A stretch of 54,143 bases of DNA. Source: Thermoplasmata archaeon (GTDB taxonomy: Archaea; Thermoplasmatota; Thermoplasmata; Lutacidiplasmatales; UBA184). Of this stretch, positions 27,391 through 35,312 are shown piece after piece. The notes beneath the pieces were generated by a model. That model worked only from the letters and a program-made list of their open reading frames with translations, was not told the DNA's origin and did no database searches. How positions within the stretch are numbered: the stretch's first letter is position 1; each line of letters begins with the position of its first letter. The DNA is taken from assembly GCA_022749995.1 (NCBI GenBank), contig JAKIWO010000004.1, forward strand, positions 1 through 54,143, written 5' to 3'. The position numbers were made by a program, and so were the translations under genes.

Positions 27391-27930
27391 TCAGCGGGAG
27401 CGCGTCCGTGGCCGCGTCGTGCGACGCGCCCGGCCGGCCTTCGTCCGGGCGTAGTCGGCGGCGAGCGACTTCCGGAACGCACTCCACAGTCCCCGCAGCT
27501 CCGACTCGAACCGCTGGCGGGTGGGTTGCTCGGTGTGCCAGAGGGAAGGACGCCGCCGCATTCGAATCTCGAGCTCGGTCCCGCCGGACGCGAGCGTACG
27601 CAGCCGGTAGTCGATCTTCGCATCCCGGACATTTCCGGTAGAATCCGCGCTCCAGCCGTCCGGAGGGCGGAGGGCAACCAACGTGCGGCGCCACCGCCAG
27701 CCCGTGTCCGTCCACCACGCGTCCTCGAAGAGCACCTCCCGCGAACTCTGTCGCAGCACTCGACGCTCGTACGACTCATCGGCCCGCTCCCCGTCGTCGG
27801 CTCCGAAGTCGGTGCACCATCGATACACGTACGGCAGCGGCGCGGGAAACCGCACTTGGATCCGATACTCTGGAGGTGGCCAGCCCGGCCGGCCAGCACT
27901 CCTGCGAGGGATCACAGTTCGTCCCTTCAC
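27391..27930 (-). CDS. Hypothetical protein, possibly START/SRPBCC-like fold
   Basis: FPAPLPYVYRWCTDF...DYRLRTLASGGTELEI...LWSAFRKSLAADY. Confidence 0.6.
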   Translation of the reverse strand: MKGRTVIPRRSAGRPGWPPPEYRIQVRFPAPLPYVYRWCTDFGADDGERADESYERRVLRQSSREVLFEDAWWTDTGWRWRRTLVALRPPDGWSADSTGNVRDAKIDYRLRTLASGGTELEIRMRRRPSLWHTEQPTRQRFESELRGLWSAFRKSLAADYARTKAGRARRTTRPRTRSR

Positions 27931-28092
27931 GAGGAGGCGCAGCGGCTCCGTCCATATAGCGGGGGGGCGGGACTGCTATGGACCCCCCTTCGCAGGACTC
28001 CGGGAGTGAGCACTCCCGCGGGATTGAGGCGGCCCCGAGCGCTGCCGGCTTCCGACAAACGTTCAAGTAACCCTGACCGCTTTTGGCCCGAC

Positions 28093-28500
28093 GTGCCTTC
28101 GACTCCTGCGCGCACCGGAGCTCCCCCTCACACGGCGGAGGCGCCCTCGGCTTCGGAGACGCAGCAACTCGTCGATCGGATCCTCAACGAGCTCGAGCTC
28201 CTCGGCCGCAACGTCGACATTTTGGAGCAGTTGAGCAGCAATCCCCCCATGGGGATCATCCGACTCGGGGAGGCGCTCCACCTGCCCATTCACAAGGTCC
28301 GGTACTCACTCCACCTGCTCGAACGGGAAGGCGTGATCCAGCCCTCCGCGGACGGAGCGGTGGTGACGGACCGGGCCAAGCAGTTCTGGGAGTCGCTCGA
28401 TGAGTCGCTCGAGCGGATGACCGGCCTCATCCAGCATCTCAAGGAGCGCGCGGCCGAGTACAACCGCCGGTCGACGGCGCCGGGCCGGAAAGGCTATTAG
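28093..28500 (+). CDS. Winged helix-turn-helix protein (putative transcriptional regulator)
   Basis: PMGIIRLGEALHLPIHKVRYSLHLLEREGVIQPSADGAVVT; GTG start estimated. Confidence 0.8.
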   Translation: MPSTPARTGAPPHTAEAPSASETQQLVDRILNELELLGRNVDILEQLSSNPPMGIIRLGEALHLPIHKVRYSLHLLEREGVIQPSADGAVVTDRAKQFWESLDESLERMTGLIQHLKERAAEYNRRSTAPGRKGY

Positions 28501-28526
28501 CGGCGCCTCGGGTCGCCGCGGCCGGT

Positions 28527-28627
28527 GCCGCCGTAGCTCAGTGGCAGAGCGATCGGCTGTTAACCGAAAGGTCAGCGGTTCAATGGGTCCGGAGCCCGCT
28601 CCGGACCGGAAACTCCGCTCGGCGGCG
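28527..28627 (+). tRNA. tRNA-Asn(GTT) with a 29-nt intron in the T-loop (28585-28613, position 59/60)
   Basis: Acceptor GCCGCCG/CGGCGGC-G, anticodon loop CTGTTAA, T stem AGCGG/CCGCT interrupted by a hairpin insert forming a bulge-helix-bulge. Confidence 0.9.
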
Positions 28628-28641
28628 CCCTCTCGGTGCGT

Positions 28642-28714
28642 GGGCCCGTAGCTTAGTGGTTAGAGCGACCGGCTCATAACCGGTCGGTCGGCGGTTCGAG
28701 TCCGCCCGGGCCCA
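28642..28714 (+). tRNA. tRNA with CAT anticodon, most likely tRNA-Ile2 (agmatidine type) rather than Met
   Basis: GGGCCCG acceptor, ACCGG-CTCATAA-CCGGT, GGCGG-TTCGAGT-CCGCC, discriminator A; tandem with tRNA-Asn. Confidence 0.88.
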
Positions 28715-28908
28715 TCAGTTGGGGCTCGAAAGCGTGCCATGAGCCACGGTGTGAACACCGTACGGACCGATCCGGCATGGCTCGAGGAGGCTTCCGCTCA
28801 TCGGCCAGCCGATGCGGCTCGACTCGGTAACGTCCGACCCCCCGTGGGCGCGGGAGTGCCGGCGAGCCCGAAATCCGCCGAGGAGCGATGGCGGGAAGCG
28901 ACCGGGGA

Positions 28909-29760
28909 CTAGCTCCCGCGAGCACCGCCGGAGGCGGAGGCGCGAGAGCGCCGAGGCTCCGGGACCTCGAGCGGTCGGGCGGTTTCCCAGGCCCGGTCAA
29001 AATACGCTTGCTGGGCGGTCGCGAAGTCCGGCGTATCGGTCCACATCGCAATCTCGTCGACCGAGCGACGGCCGGTCTCGGGCACGATGAAGACGAGCGC
29101 CTCCGTCCGGTCGATGACCGTGATACGGGCGCGCTGCGGGTCGAGCGTCCTCACGCTGATGTTCGGGTACTTCCGCCGGGCCGCGTCGAACCGGCGCAAT
29201 GCCACCGGAAGCCGGGAATCTTGCTCGAGGATCATCCGGAACCTTCCCCCGCGCCGGAGCAGCGCGGTGAGGGAGTCGAAGGTCCGCAGCCCCGCCGACT
29301 CTCGAAAGGAACGGAACGTCAGCATGGCGCACACCTCCTTCTGCGCCCGTGCGAGCGCCTCGCGAAGGATGGGGTAGACCGCAGCTGACCCCGTGATGAG
29401 TTGGAAGCGGGGGGATCCATCCACGATCGATTGGGTGAGCGCCGGGAGCTGCTCGGCGAGGTTCCGTGCGAGGGCCACGTCCTCCTCGAGCGCTCGGCGT
29501 CGCTCCGTGAGGCTGCGTTCGAAGAGGACGGTGGGGGACAGTGCCACGTACCGACGCGGGCGCTCGGCCGTGATTTGCACGAGGCCCCGTGCGCGCATGC
29601 TGTCGAGCGTTCGATACGCCACCACCCGGTCAATTCCGGCGGCCCGGGTGATCTCGCGCGCCGTGGCACGGCCCTGATGGAGCAGAAGCAGGAACAGTCG
29701 CGCTTCCCGGTCGTGGAAGCCGAACCGGCCCATCGACTCGAGCACCTCTCGCTGCTCCAC
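28909..29760 (-). CDS. TrmB family transcriptional regulator
   Basis: FGFHDREARLFLLLL..G.ATAREI...IDRVVAYRTLDSMRARGLV...RPRRYVALSP plus a PLD-like C-terminal domain (ITVIDRTEAL). Confidence 0.88.
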   Translation of the reverse strand: MEQREVLESMGRFGFHDREARLFLLLLHQGRATAREITRAAGIDRVVAYRTLDSMRARGLVQITAERPRRYVALSPTVLFERSLTERRRALEEDVALARNLAEQLPALTQSIVDGSPRFQLITGSAAVYPILREALARAQKEVCAMLTFRSFRESAGLRTFDSLTALLRRGGRFRMILEQDSRLPVALRRFDAARRKYPNISVRTLDPQRARITVIDRTEALVFIVPETGRRSVDEIAMWTDTPDFATAQQAYFDRAWETARPLEVPEPRRSRASASGGARGS

Positions 29761-29804
29761 CGATGCTGCTCCCGAGGGACGTAGCCGAGCGGCGCCAGAT
29801 AAGG

Positions 29805-29830
29805 AGTTGTGGCCCACAGTTGTTACAACT
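29805..29830. promoter_or_regulatory. Candidate operator in the trmB/amt divergent intergenic region
   Basis: AGTTGT (29805-29810) repeated at 29818-29823, which forms a perfect AGTTGT-T-ACAACT palindrome; adjacent to a minus-strand TATA-like CTTATCT (29797-29803). Confidence 0.5.
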
Positions 29831-29961
29831 CGACTCGGGCCGATCCACGGGAAAGGAAGCGCGGGCCCGCCCCGCCGGGCGCGTCAGGTCCGACGCAGGG
29901 CGTATAAGGGGGAACTTCGCGTCGAGTCTTTCCGGAGCGGTTGGACGGGCGAGTCGCACGC

Positions 29962-31242
29962 ATGGACACGACCTCGCTGGTGAACAATCTCTGGCTCCTC
30001 CTAGCTGCGCTCCTCGTCTTCACCATGACCATCGCCGTCGGCTTCCTCGAAGTCGGCGAGCTCGGGGAGGATCTCTGGCCGAGCCTGCTCAAGACCACGA
30101 TGATCAGCGGCTCGGGTCTGTTCTTCATGGCCCTCGTCGGATTCAACATCGCCTTCGCCCCGACGGTCCTGCACGGGTTCATCGGCAACCCCGTCTACAC
30201 GGGCGCCTTCCTCGGCGGCTTCGACCCGTCGACCTCGCTCTCGGTGTGGTGGTCGCAGGGTCCCTCCCACGGGAACACCGGACTCTACCTCGGGACGTAC
30301 TTCCTGTTCGAGGTCGCCTTCGCCACGGTGACGCTCGCACTCGTGGGCGTCGTCATGCTCCGGAAGGTGAAGCCGGAGGCATTTGCGCTGTACACGATCC
30401 CCTACTTTGTTCTCATCTGGAATCTCCCGGCCGCCTGGATCTGGAACCCGGAAGGTTGGCTGGCGAGCATGGGCATGGTCGACTTCGCCGGTGGGCTCGT
30501 GGTGCACGGGGCCGCCGGCGCAGCGGGCCTGGCGTTCCTCGTACAGATCTGGCGGGAGGAGCGCGCGCGGGGCCTCACCGAAAGCCCCCAGACATCGATC
30601 AAGATGGTACCTACTTGGCTCACGCTCGCGATCCTCCTCCTCTGGGTCGGTTGGTTCGGCTTCAACCCCGGCAGCGTGCTGCAACTGAACGCGGAGGTTC
30701 CGGTGGTCGTCCTCACCACCTTCCTCGCGGCCGCCACCGCCTTCCTGTCCACGATGGGCTGCCAGTACCTGATGACCCGACGCGACCCGGGCCCCCTCTG
30801 GGCGGTGAACGGGATCCTGATGGGACTCATCGTGATCACTCCGCTCGCCGGATTCGTCAGTCCCGCCAGTGCGGTCGTGCTGGGCCTCCTGTGCGGCCCC
30901 CTGTTCATCGCCGGTGAGCGGTACGTCGCCCGGCTCACGTGGTGTTCCGACCCGGTCGGGCTCCTCCCGGGCCACCTGCTCGGCGGGCTCTTCGGCGTCG
31001 GAATGATCGCGTTCTTCACCCAGACGCAGTTCGCCACACTGTCGGGCGCCCCGACAAGCCTCCCGAACGGCCTGCTGTTCGGCGGGGGGATGCCGGCGGT
31101 CCACCAGCTCGGGATCGAGATGTTCGGCGTGGTGGTCGTGATGGCCACCGTCTTCGCCCTCTCCTTCGTCGCGGTGTGGGCGATCGCGAAGGGGCTCCGT
31201 GGGCTCACGCGCCCTGAGCTGTATCGCACTCCTTCGGGCTAG
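29962..31242 (+). CDS. amt: Ammonium transporter (Amt family)
   Basis: GFLEVG, DFAGGLVVH, LLWVGWFGFNPGS, NGILMGLIVITPLAG, DPVGLLPGH (twin His retained). Confidence 0.93.
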   Translation: MDTTSLVNNLWLLLAALLVFTMTIAVGFLEVGELGEDLWPSLLKTTMISGSGLFFMALVGFNIAFAPTVLHGFIGNPVYTGAFLGGFDPSTSLSVWWSQGPSHGNTGLYLGTYFLFEVAFATVTLALVGVVMLRKVKPEAFALYTIPYFVLIWNLPAAWIWNPEGWLASMGMVDFAGGLVVHGAAGAAGLAFLVQIWREERARGLTESPQTSIKMVPTWLTLAILLLWVGWFGFNPGSVLQLNAEVPVVVLTTFLAAATAFLSTMGCQYLMTRRDPGPLWAVNGILMGLIVITPLAGFVSPASAVVLGLLCGPLFIAGERYVARLTWCSDPVGLLPGHLLGGLFGVGMIAFFTQTQFATLSGAPTSLPNGLLFGGGMPAVHQLGIEMFGVVVVMATVFALSFVAVWAIAKGLRGLTRPELYRTPSG

Positions 31243-31273
31243 CGCCCCCGTCCTCCCCCAGGACGGATTCCTA

Positions 31274-32365
31274 CTATCGATGTAGTAGCTTCTGGCGCAC
31301 CCCGCGGCCGGCCGCCAGCAGCTTGGGCACGACGACCGGGAAGAGCGCCAGCACGAGGAGAGCCCAGAACCAATAGTTGACGTGGGTCAGCACGTCCAGG
31401 GTCGAGCCGCCGCTGCAGTCCGGGTTCCGGTGCAGGCCGGCGGTGCAGACCACGGCCTTCGGCCCCACCAGCAGGAAGGGGAGCAGCCAGAGCACGCTCA
31501 CGCCCACGGTGACGGCGAAGTTTCGGATGTCCCGGCGCCAGAGGTAGTAGCCGGCGACGAACAGGTTTGCAAACTGCTTGGTCCCGAGCGCGACCCATTC
31601 TGCGATCTTCCTCGGTGGACCCGTCAAGGTGACGAACGCGAGGACGAGCAGCAGCACTCCCGGAAAGTCGTTGTAGCCGTTGGCCGCAAGCAGTGCCGGG
31701 TACGGGCTGCCAATCACGAGGAGCGCCCACGGGCGATTGCGCACGAGGTAGAGGGCGGCCACCCAGCACAGGCTGGTCGTCACCTGGTAGGGGATCAGTG
31801 GGATTGCGAGGAACGGGAGTAGCGGGAGGTAAACGAAGTAGGACCGGGAGGTGTACGAGGCGCAGGCGACCAGCGCTCCCTGGGTGGGCCCAGAGCACTG
31901 TGTGTAGTTGAAGACGAGCTGAGTAGTGTACGGGTTCTTCCCCGCGAGGATGAGCCCCGCGTACCGCGTCGTGGTGAACGGCTCATCGGTGGACCCGCCG
32001 AAGATGCCCGTTGTCAGCACGAGGACCACGAGAGCTCCGGAGAAGAGCAGCAACCAGCGCAGCGATGCCGGCTGCGTCCCGCCGAACCGGCGGGCGAGGT
32101 ACGGGTAGGCGATCGCCCCAACGCCGACGAGGAGCGATATTTCGACGAGGTGCCCGTTGCCGGTCAACCAGTCGAGGGGGGCGGACAGGACCATGGGCAG
32201 CAGGCCCACGCCGAACAGCGCGAGCAGGAGCGGCCCCCAGCGGGCGGGGCGGGAGATGTTGGGCGCCGTGGTGCGGGCGACGGGCGCTCGCGCATAAGCG
32301 CGCCACCGCCCGCCGGGTAAGGCCGCCGTGGATTGTTGGCCACGTCGCGGTGCCGCCGCCACCAA
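31274..32365 (-). CDS. Polytopic membrane protein, GT-C (GT87-like) glycosyltransferase-like; start uncertain
   Basis: STDEP...LAGKNPY...YFVYLPLL, ANGYND, GTKQF and many TM helices. Confidence 0.6.
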   Translation of the reverse strand: MVAAAPRRGQQSTAALPGGRWRAYARAPVARTTAPNISRPARWGPLLLALFGVGLLPMVLSAPLDWLTGNGHLVEISLLVGVGAIAYPYLARRFGGTQPASLRWLLLFSGALVVLVLTTGIFGGSTDEPFTTTRYAGLILAGKNPYTTQLVFNYTQCSGPTQGALVACASYTSRSYFVYLPLLPFLAIPLIPYQVTTSLCWVAALYLVRNRPWALLVIGSPYPALLAANGYNDFPGVLLLVLAFVTLTGPPRKIAEWVALGTKQFANLFVAGYYLWRRDIRNFAVTVGVSVLWLLPFLLVGPKAVVCTAGLHRNPDCSGGSTLDVLTHVNYWFWALLVLALFPVVVPKLLAAGRGVRQKLLHR

Positions 32366-32400
32366 GGGTATAGCCTCGGCCGGTTGGACCGTCGACGGAC

Positions 32401-33540
32401 ATGGCCGTCACGCTCGCGGTGCCCCGGGAGACGCACCCGGGAGAGCGCCGCGTCGCGTGCGTGCCCGAAGTCGTGGCCCGGCTTTCCAAGGCCGGACACT
32501 CCGTACGTGTCGAGAGCGGGGCTGGGGAAGGCTCCTACCTGACCGACGACGCATTCGCCCAGGCCGGCGCGAAGCTCGTCGCGGACAACGTGGGGCTGTA
32601 CTCGGGCGCCCAGATCGTCCTCCGAGTGAACGCCCCCACTCCCGAGGACGTGGCCCGCATGGATCCAGGTGCCATCGTCGTGGGGTTCCTGGGCCCCGGG
32701 AGGAACCTGCCCACGGTCCGCGCGATGCGAGAGCGCAAGATCACCGGATACGCGCTCGAACTCGTGCCACGGATCAGCCGAGCCCAAAGCATGGACGCCC
32801 TTTCTTCCCAGGCGACCGTCGGCGGATACGTCGCGGCGCTCCTCGGGGCGAGCGAGTGCCCCAAGTTCCTGCCGATGCTCACTACGGCAGCGGGGACGAT
32901 CCGCCCCGCTCGGGTGTTGATCCTTGGCGCCGGAGTCGCTGGCCTCATGGCGATTGCCACCGCGCGCCGTCTTGGTGCGATCGTGGAAGCCTACGACGTA
33001 CGGCGGGCAGCCGGGGAGCAGGTCCGCAGCCTGGGGGCGAAGTTCCTAGAACTGGCGATCAACGCCGAGGGGGCCGGGGGGTACGCCCGCGAGCTCACCT
33101 CCGAGGAGAAGGTCCAGGAAGGCTCGATGGTCTCCAAAGCGGTGGCCGAAGCGGATGTAGTGATCACCACCGCGAACGTCCCTGGACGGCGCGCTCCACG
33201 GCTGGTCAGCCAGCAGACGGTGGCCCTGATGCGACCGGGGTCGGTGGTGGTGGACCTCGCGGCCGAGAGCGGCGGCAATTGCGAGCTGACCCGCCCGGGC
33301 GAGACGGTGGTGGATCACGGAGTGAAGGTGCTCGGGCCGCTCAATTTGCCTAGCCGCGTTCCGCTCAATGCGAGCCAGATGTACGCCAGGAATCTCCAAT
33401 CGTTCCTCGAGCTGCTCCTCACCAAGGACGGGCAGCTCGTCTCCGACCGGTCCGATGAGATCCTCGTCGCCAGCTGCCTCGTGCAGGACGGTGAGGTCCG
33501 GCACGCCCCGACCCGGGAAGCGCTCGGAGCGTCCGGATGA
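32401..33540 (+). CDS. pntAA: NAD(P) transhydrogenase subunit alpha part 1 (domain I)
   Basis: PRETHPGERRVA, PRISRAQSMDALSSQ, MLTTAAGTI, GAGVAGL, GGYARE, DLAAESGGNCELT. Confidence 0.96.
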   Translation: MAVTLAVPRETHPGERRVACVPEVVARLSKAGHSVRVESGAGEGSYLTDDAFAQAGAKLVADNVGLYSGAQIVLRVNAPTPEDVARMDPGAIVVGFLGPGRNLPTVRAMRERKITGYALELVPRISRAQSMDALSSQATVGGYVAALLGASECPKFLPMLTTAAGTIRPARVLILGAGVAGLMAIATARRLGAIVEAYDVRRAAGEQVRSLGAKFLELAINAEGAGGYARELTSEEKVQEGSMVSKAVAEADVVITTANVPGRRAPRLVSQQTVALMRPGSVVVDLAAESGGNCELTRPGETVVDHGVKVLGPLNLPSRVPLNASQMYARNLQSFLELLLTKDGQLVSDRSDEILVASCLVQDGEVRHAPTREALGASG

Positions 33541-33839
33541 TCAGCGAGCTCTGGACGGCCGCGTTCATCGCGATGCTGGCGGCGTTCACCGGTTACGAGG
33601 TGATCAGCCGTGTTCCGGTGATCCTGCACACGCCCCTCATGAGCGGCTCGAACTTCGTGCACGGGGTCGTCCTGGTCGGAGCGCTGGTCGCCCTCGGCTT
33701 CGCGACCACTTGGCCGGAGCGGATCATCGGGTTCGTGGCCGTGGTGCTGGGGGCGGCGAACGTCACCGGCGGCTACGTCGTCACGGAGCGGATCCTCGAG
33801 ATGTTCGACCGGTCCGGGCGCAAGCCCAAGGGAGGCTAG
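33537..33839 (+). CDS. pntAB: NAD(P) transhydrogenase subunit alpha part 2
   Basis: VPVILHTPLMSGSNFVHG...NVTGGYVVTERILEMF. Confidence 0.96.
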   Translation: MISELWTAAFIAMLAAFTGYEVISRVPVILHTPLMSGSNFVHGVVLVGALVALGFATTWPERIIGFVAVVLGAANVTGGYVVTERILEMFDRSGRKPKGG

Positions 33840-35234
33840 ATGGTCGCCGTCACCGACGCGATCGAAGCGGTCTACGTGCTCACCGCGGCATTCTTCATCC
33901 TCGGTCTCCACCGGATGAGCCACCCGACCACCGCGCGCAGCGGCATCGTCTGGGCCGGCTGCGCCATGTTCGCGGCGGTGGCGATCACCTTCCTCACGCC
34001 GGAACTGTTCGCCAACGGGGCCACGAACATCGCTCTGATGGGCCTCGGGATCGCCATTGGCGGGGGGTTCGGGTACCTCGCGGCGGTGCGCGTCGCGATG
34101 ACCGACATGCCGCAGATGGTCGCCATCTACAACGGCATGGGCGGCGGAGCAGCGGCGGGGATCGCCGCGGTGGCGCTGCTCGCAGGTACCTCCGCCACCG
34201 AGGGTTCGCTCGCGGTGACCGGTGGGCTCATCGGCGCGGTCTCGTTTACCGGGAGCCTCATCGCGTTCCTCAAACTCCAAGGCTGGATGCGCCAGAAGCC
34301 GGTCGTCTATCCCGGTCAGCAGCCCACCAACCTGCTCGTCCTCGCGCTCGCCCTCGTCTTCGGCAGTCTGCTGCTGCTGCGCCCGGCGGGGCTACCGTTT
34401 CCCGGCGGCGCGTACCTACCGGCGTTCTTCCTGTTCGCCCTCGGGTTTGGCCTGCTCATGACCCTGCCCATCGGGGGGGCCGATATGCCGGTCGTGATCT
34501 CGATGTTCAACGCCTTGACCGGCTTGGCGGTCGGACTGGACGGCTTCGCGCTCAGCAACTACGCGATGGTGGTCGGCGGCGTCATCGTCGGCGCGGCAGG
34601 TACGCTCCTCACTCTGGTGATGGCCCGCGCCATGAACCGGTCCGTCTCCAATGTGCTGTTCGGTGCCTTCGGCGCGACGGAGGAAGCCGCCGGAACGATC
34701 CAGGGTTCGATGAAGGCGGTCGACGCCGACGACGCGGCGGTGCTGCTCGCGTACGCGAACAAAGTGATCATCGCACCCGGCTATGGGATGGCCGTCGCGC
34801 AGGCCCAGCACAAGGTCAAGGAGCTGATGGACCAGCTCGAGGCCAAGGGGGTCCAGGTGAAGTTCGCTATCCACCCGGTCGCCGGCCGGATGCCGGGCCA
34901 CATGAACGTCCTGCTCGCCGAGGCCGGCGTGCCCTACGACCACCTGAACGACCGAGAAGAGATCAATCCCGAGTTCGCGAGCGCCGACGTCGTGCTCGTC
35001 ATCGGCGCGAACGATGTCGTGAACCCGGCGGCGCGACGCCAGGGGAGCCCACTGTTCGGGATGCCGATCCTCGAGGTGGATGCGGCGAAGAACGTGCTGG
35101 TGCTCAAGCGGGGGCAGGGACGCGGGTTCGCCGGCGTCGAGAACGACTTGTTCTACAAGGAGAACGCGCGGATGGTCTACGGCGATGCCCAGGAGACCGT
35201 CGGCAGGATCGTCCAGGCGCTCAAGAAGCTGTAG
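33840..35234 (+). CDS. pntB: NAD(P) transhydrogenase subunit beta
   Basis: MTDMPQMVAIYNGMGG, IGGADMPVVIS, AMNRS, GYGMAVAQAQH, HPVAGRMPGHMNVLLAEA, GANDVVNPAA. Confidence 0.97.
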   Translation: MVAVTDAIEAVYVLTAAFFILGLHRMSHPTTARSGIVWAGCAMFAAVAITFLTPELFANGATNIALMGLGIAIGGGFGYLAAVRVAMTDMPQMVAIYNGMGGGAAAGIAAVALLAGTSATEGSLAVTGGLIGAVSFTGSLIAFLKLQGWMRQKPVVYPGQQPTNLLVLALALVFGSLLLLRPAGLPFPGGAYLPAFFLFALGFGLLMTLPIGGADMPVVISMFNALTGLAVGLDGFALSNYAMVVGGVIVGAAGTLLTLVMARAMNRSVSNVLFGAFGATEEAAGTIQGSMKAVDADDAAVLLAYANKVIIAPGYGMAVAQAQHKVKELMDQLEAKGVQVKFAIHPVAGRMPGHMNVLLAEAGVPYDHLNDREEINPEFASADVVLVIGANDVVNPAARRQGSPLFGMPILEVDAAKNVLVLKRGQGRGFAGVENDLFYKENARMVYGDAQETVGRIVQALKKL

Positions 35235-35312
35235 GCCGCCGGTACCCCGGGAACCCCCCGATCGCGATCCTGCCCCGTCCGTCGGGGGCATCGGCGCGCG
35301 GACCGAACCCTA

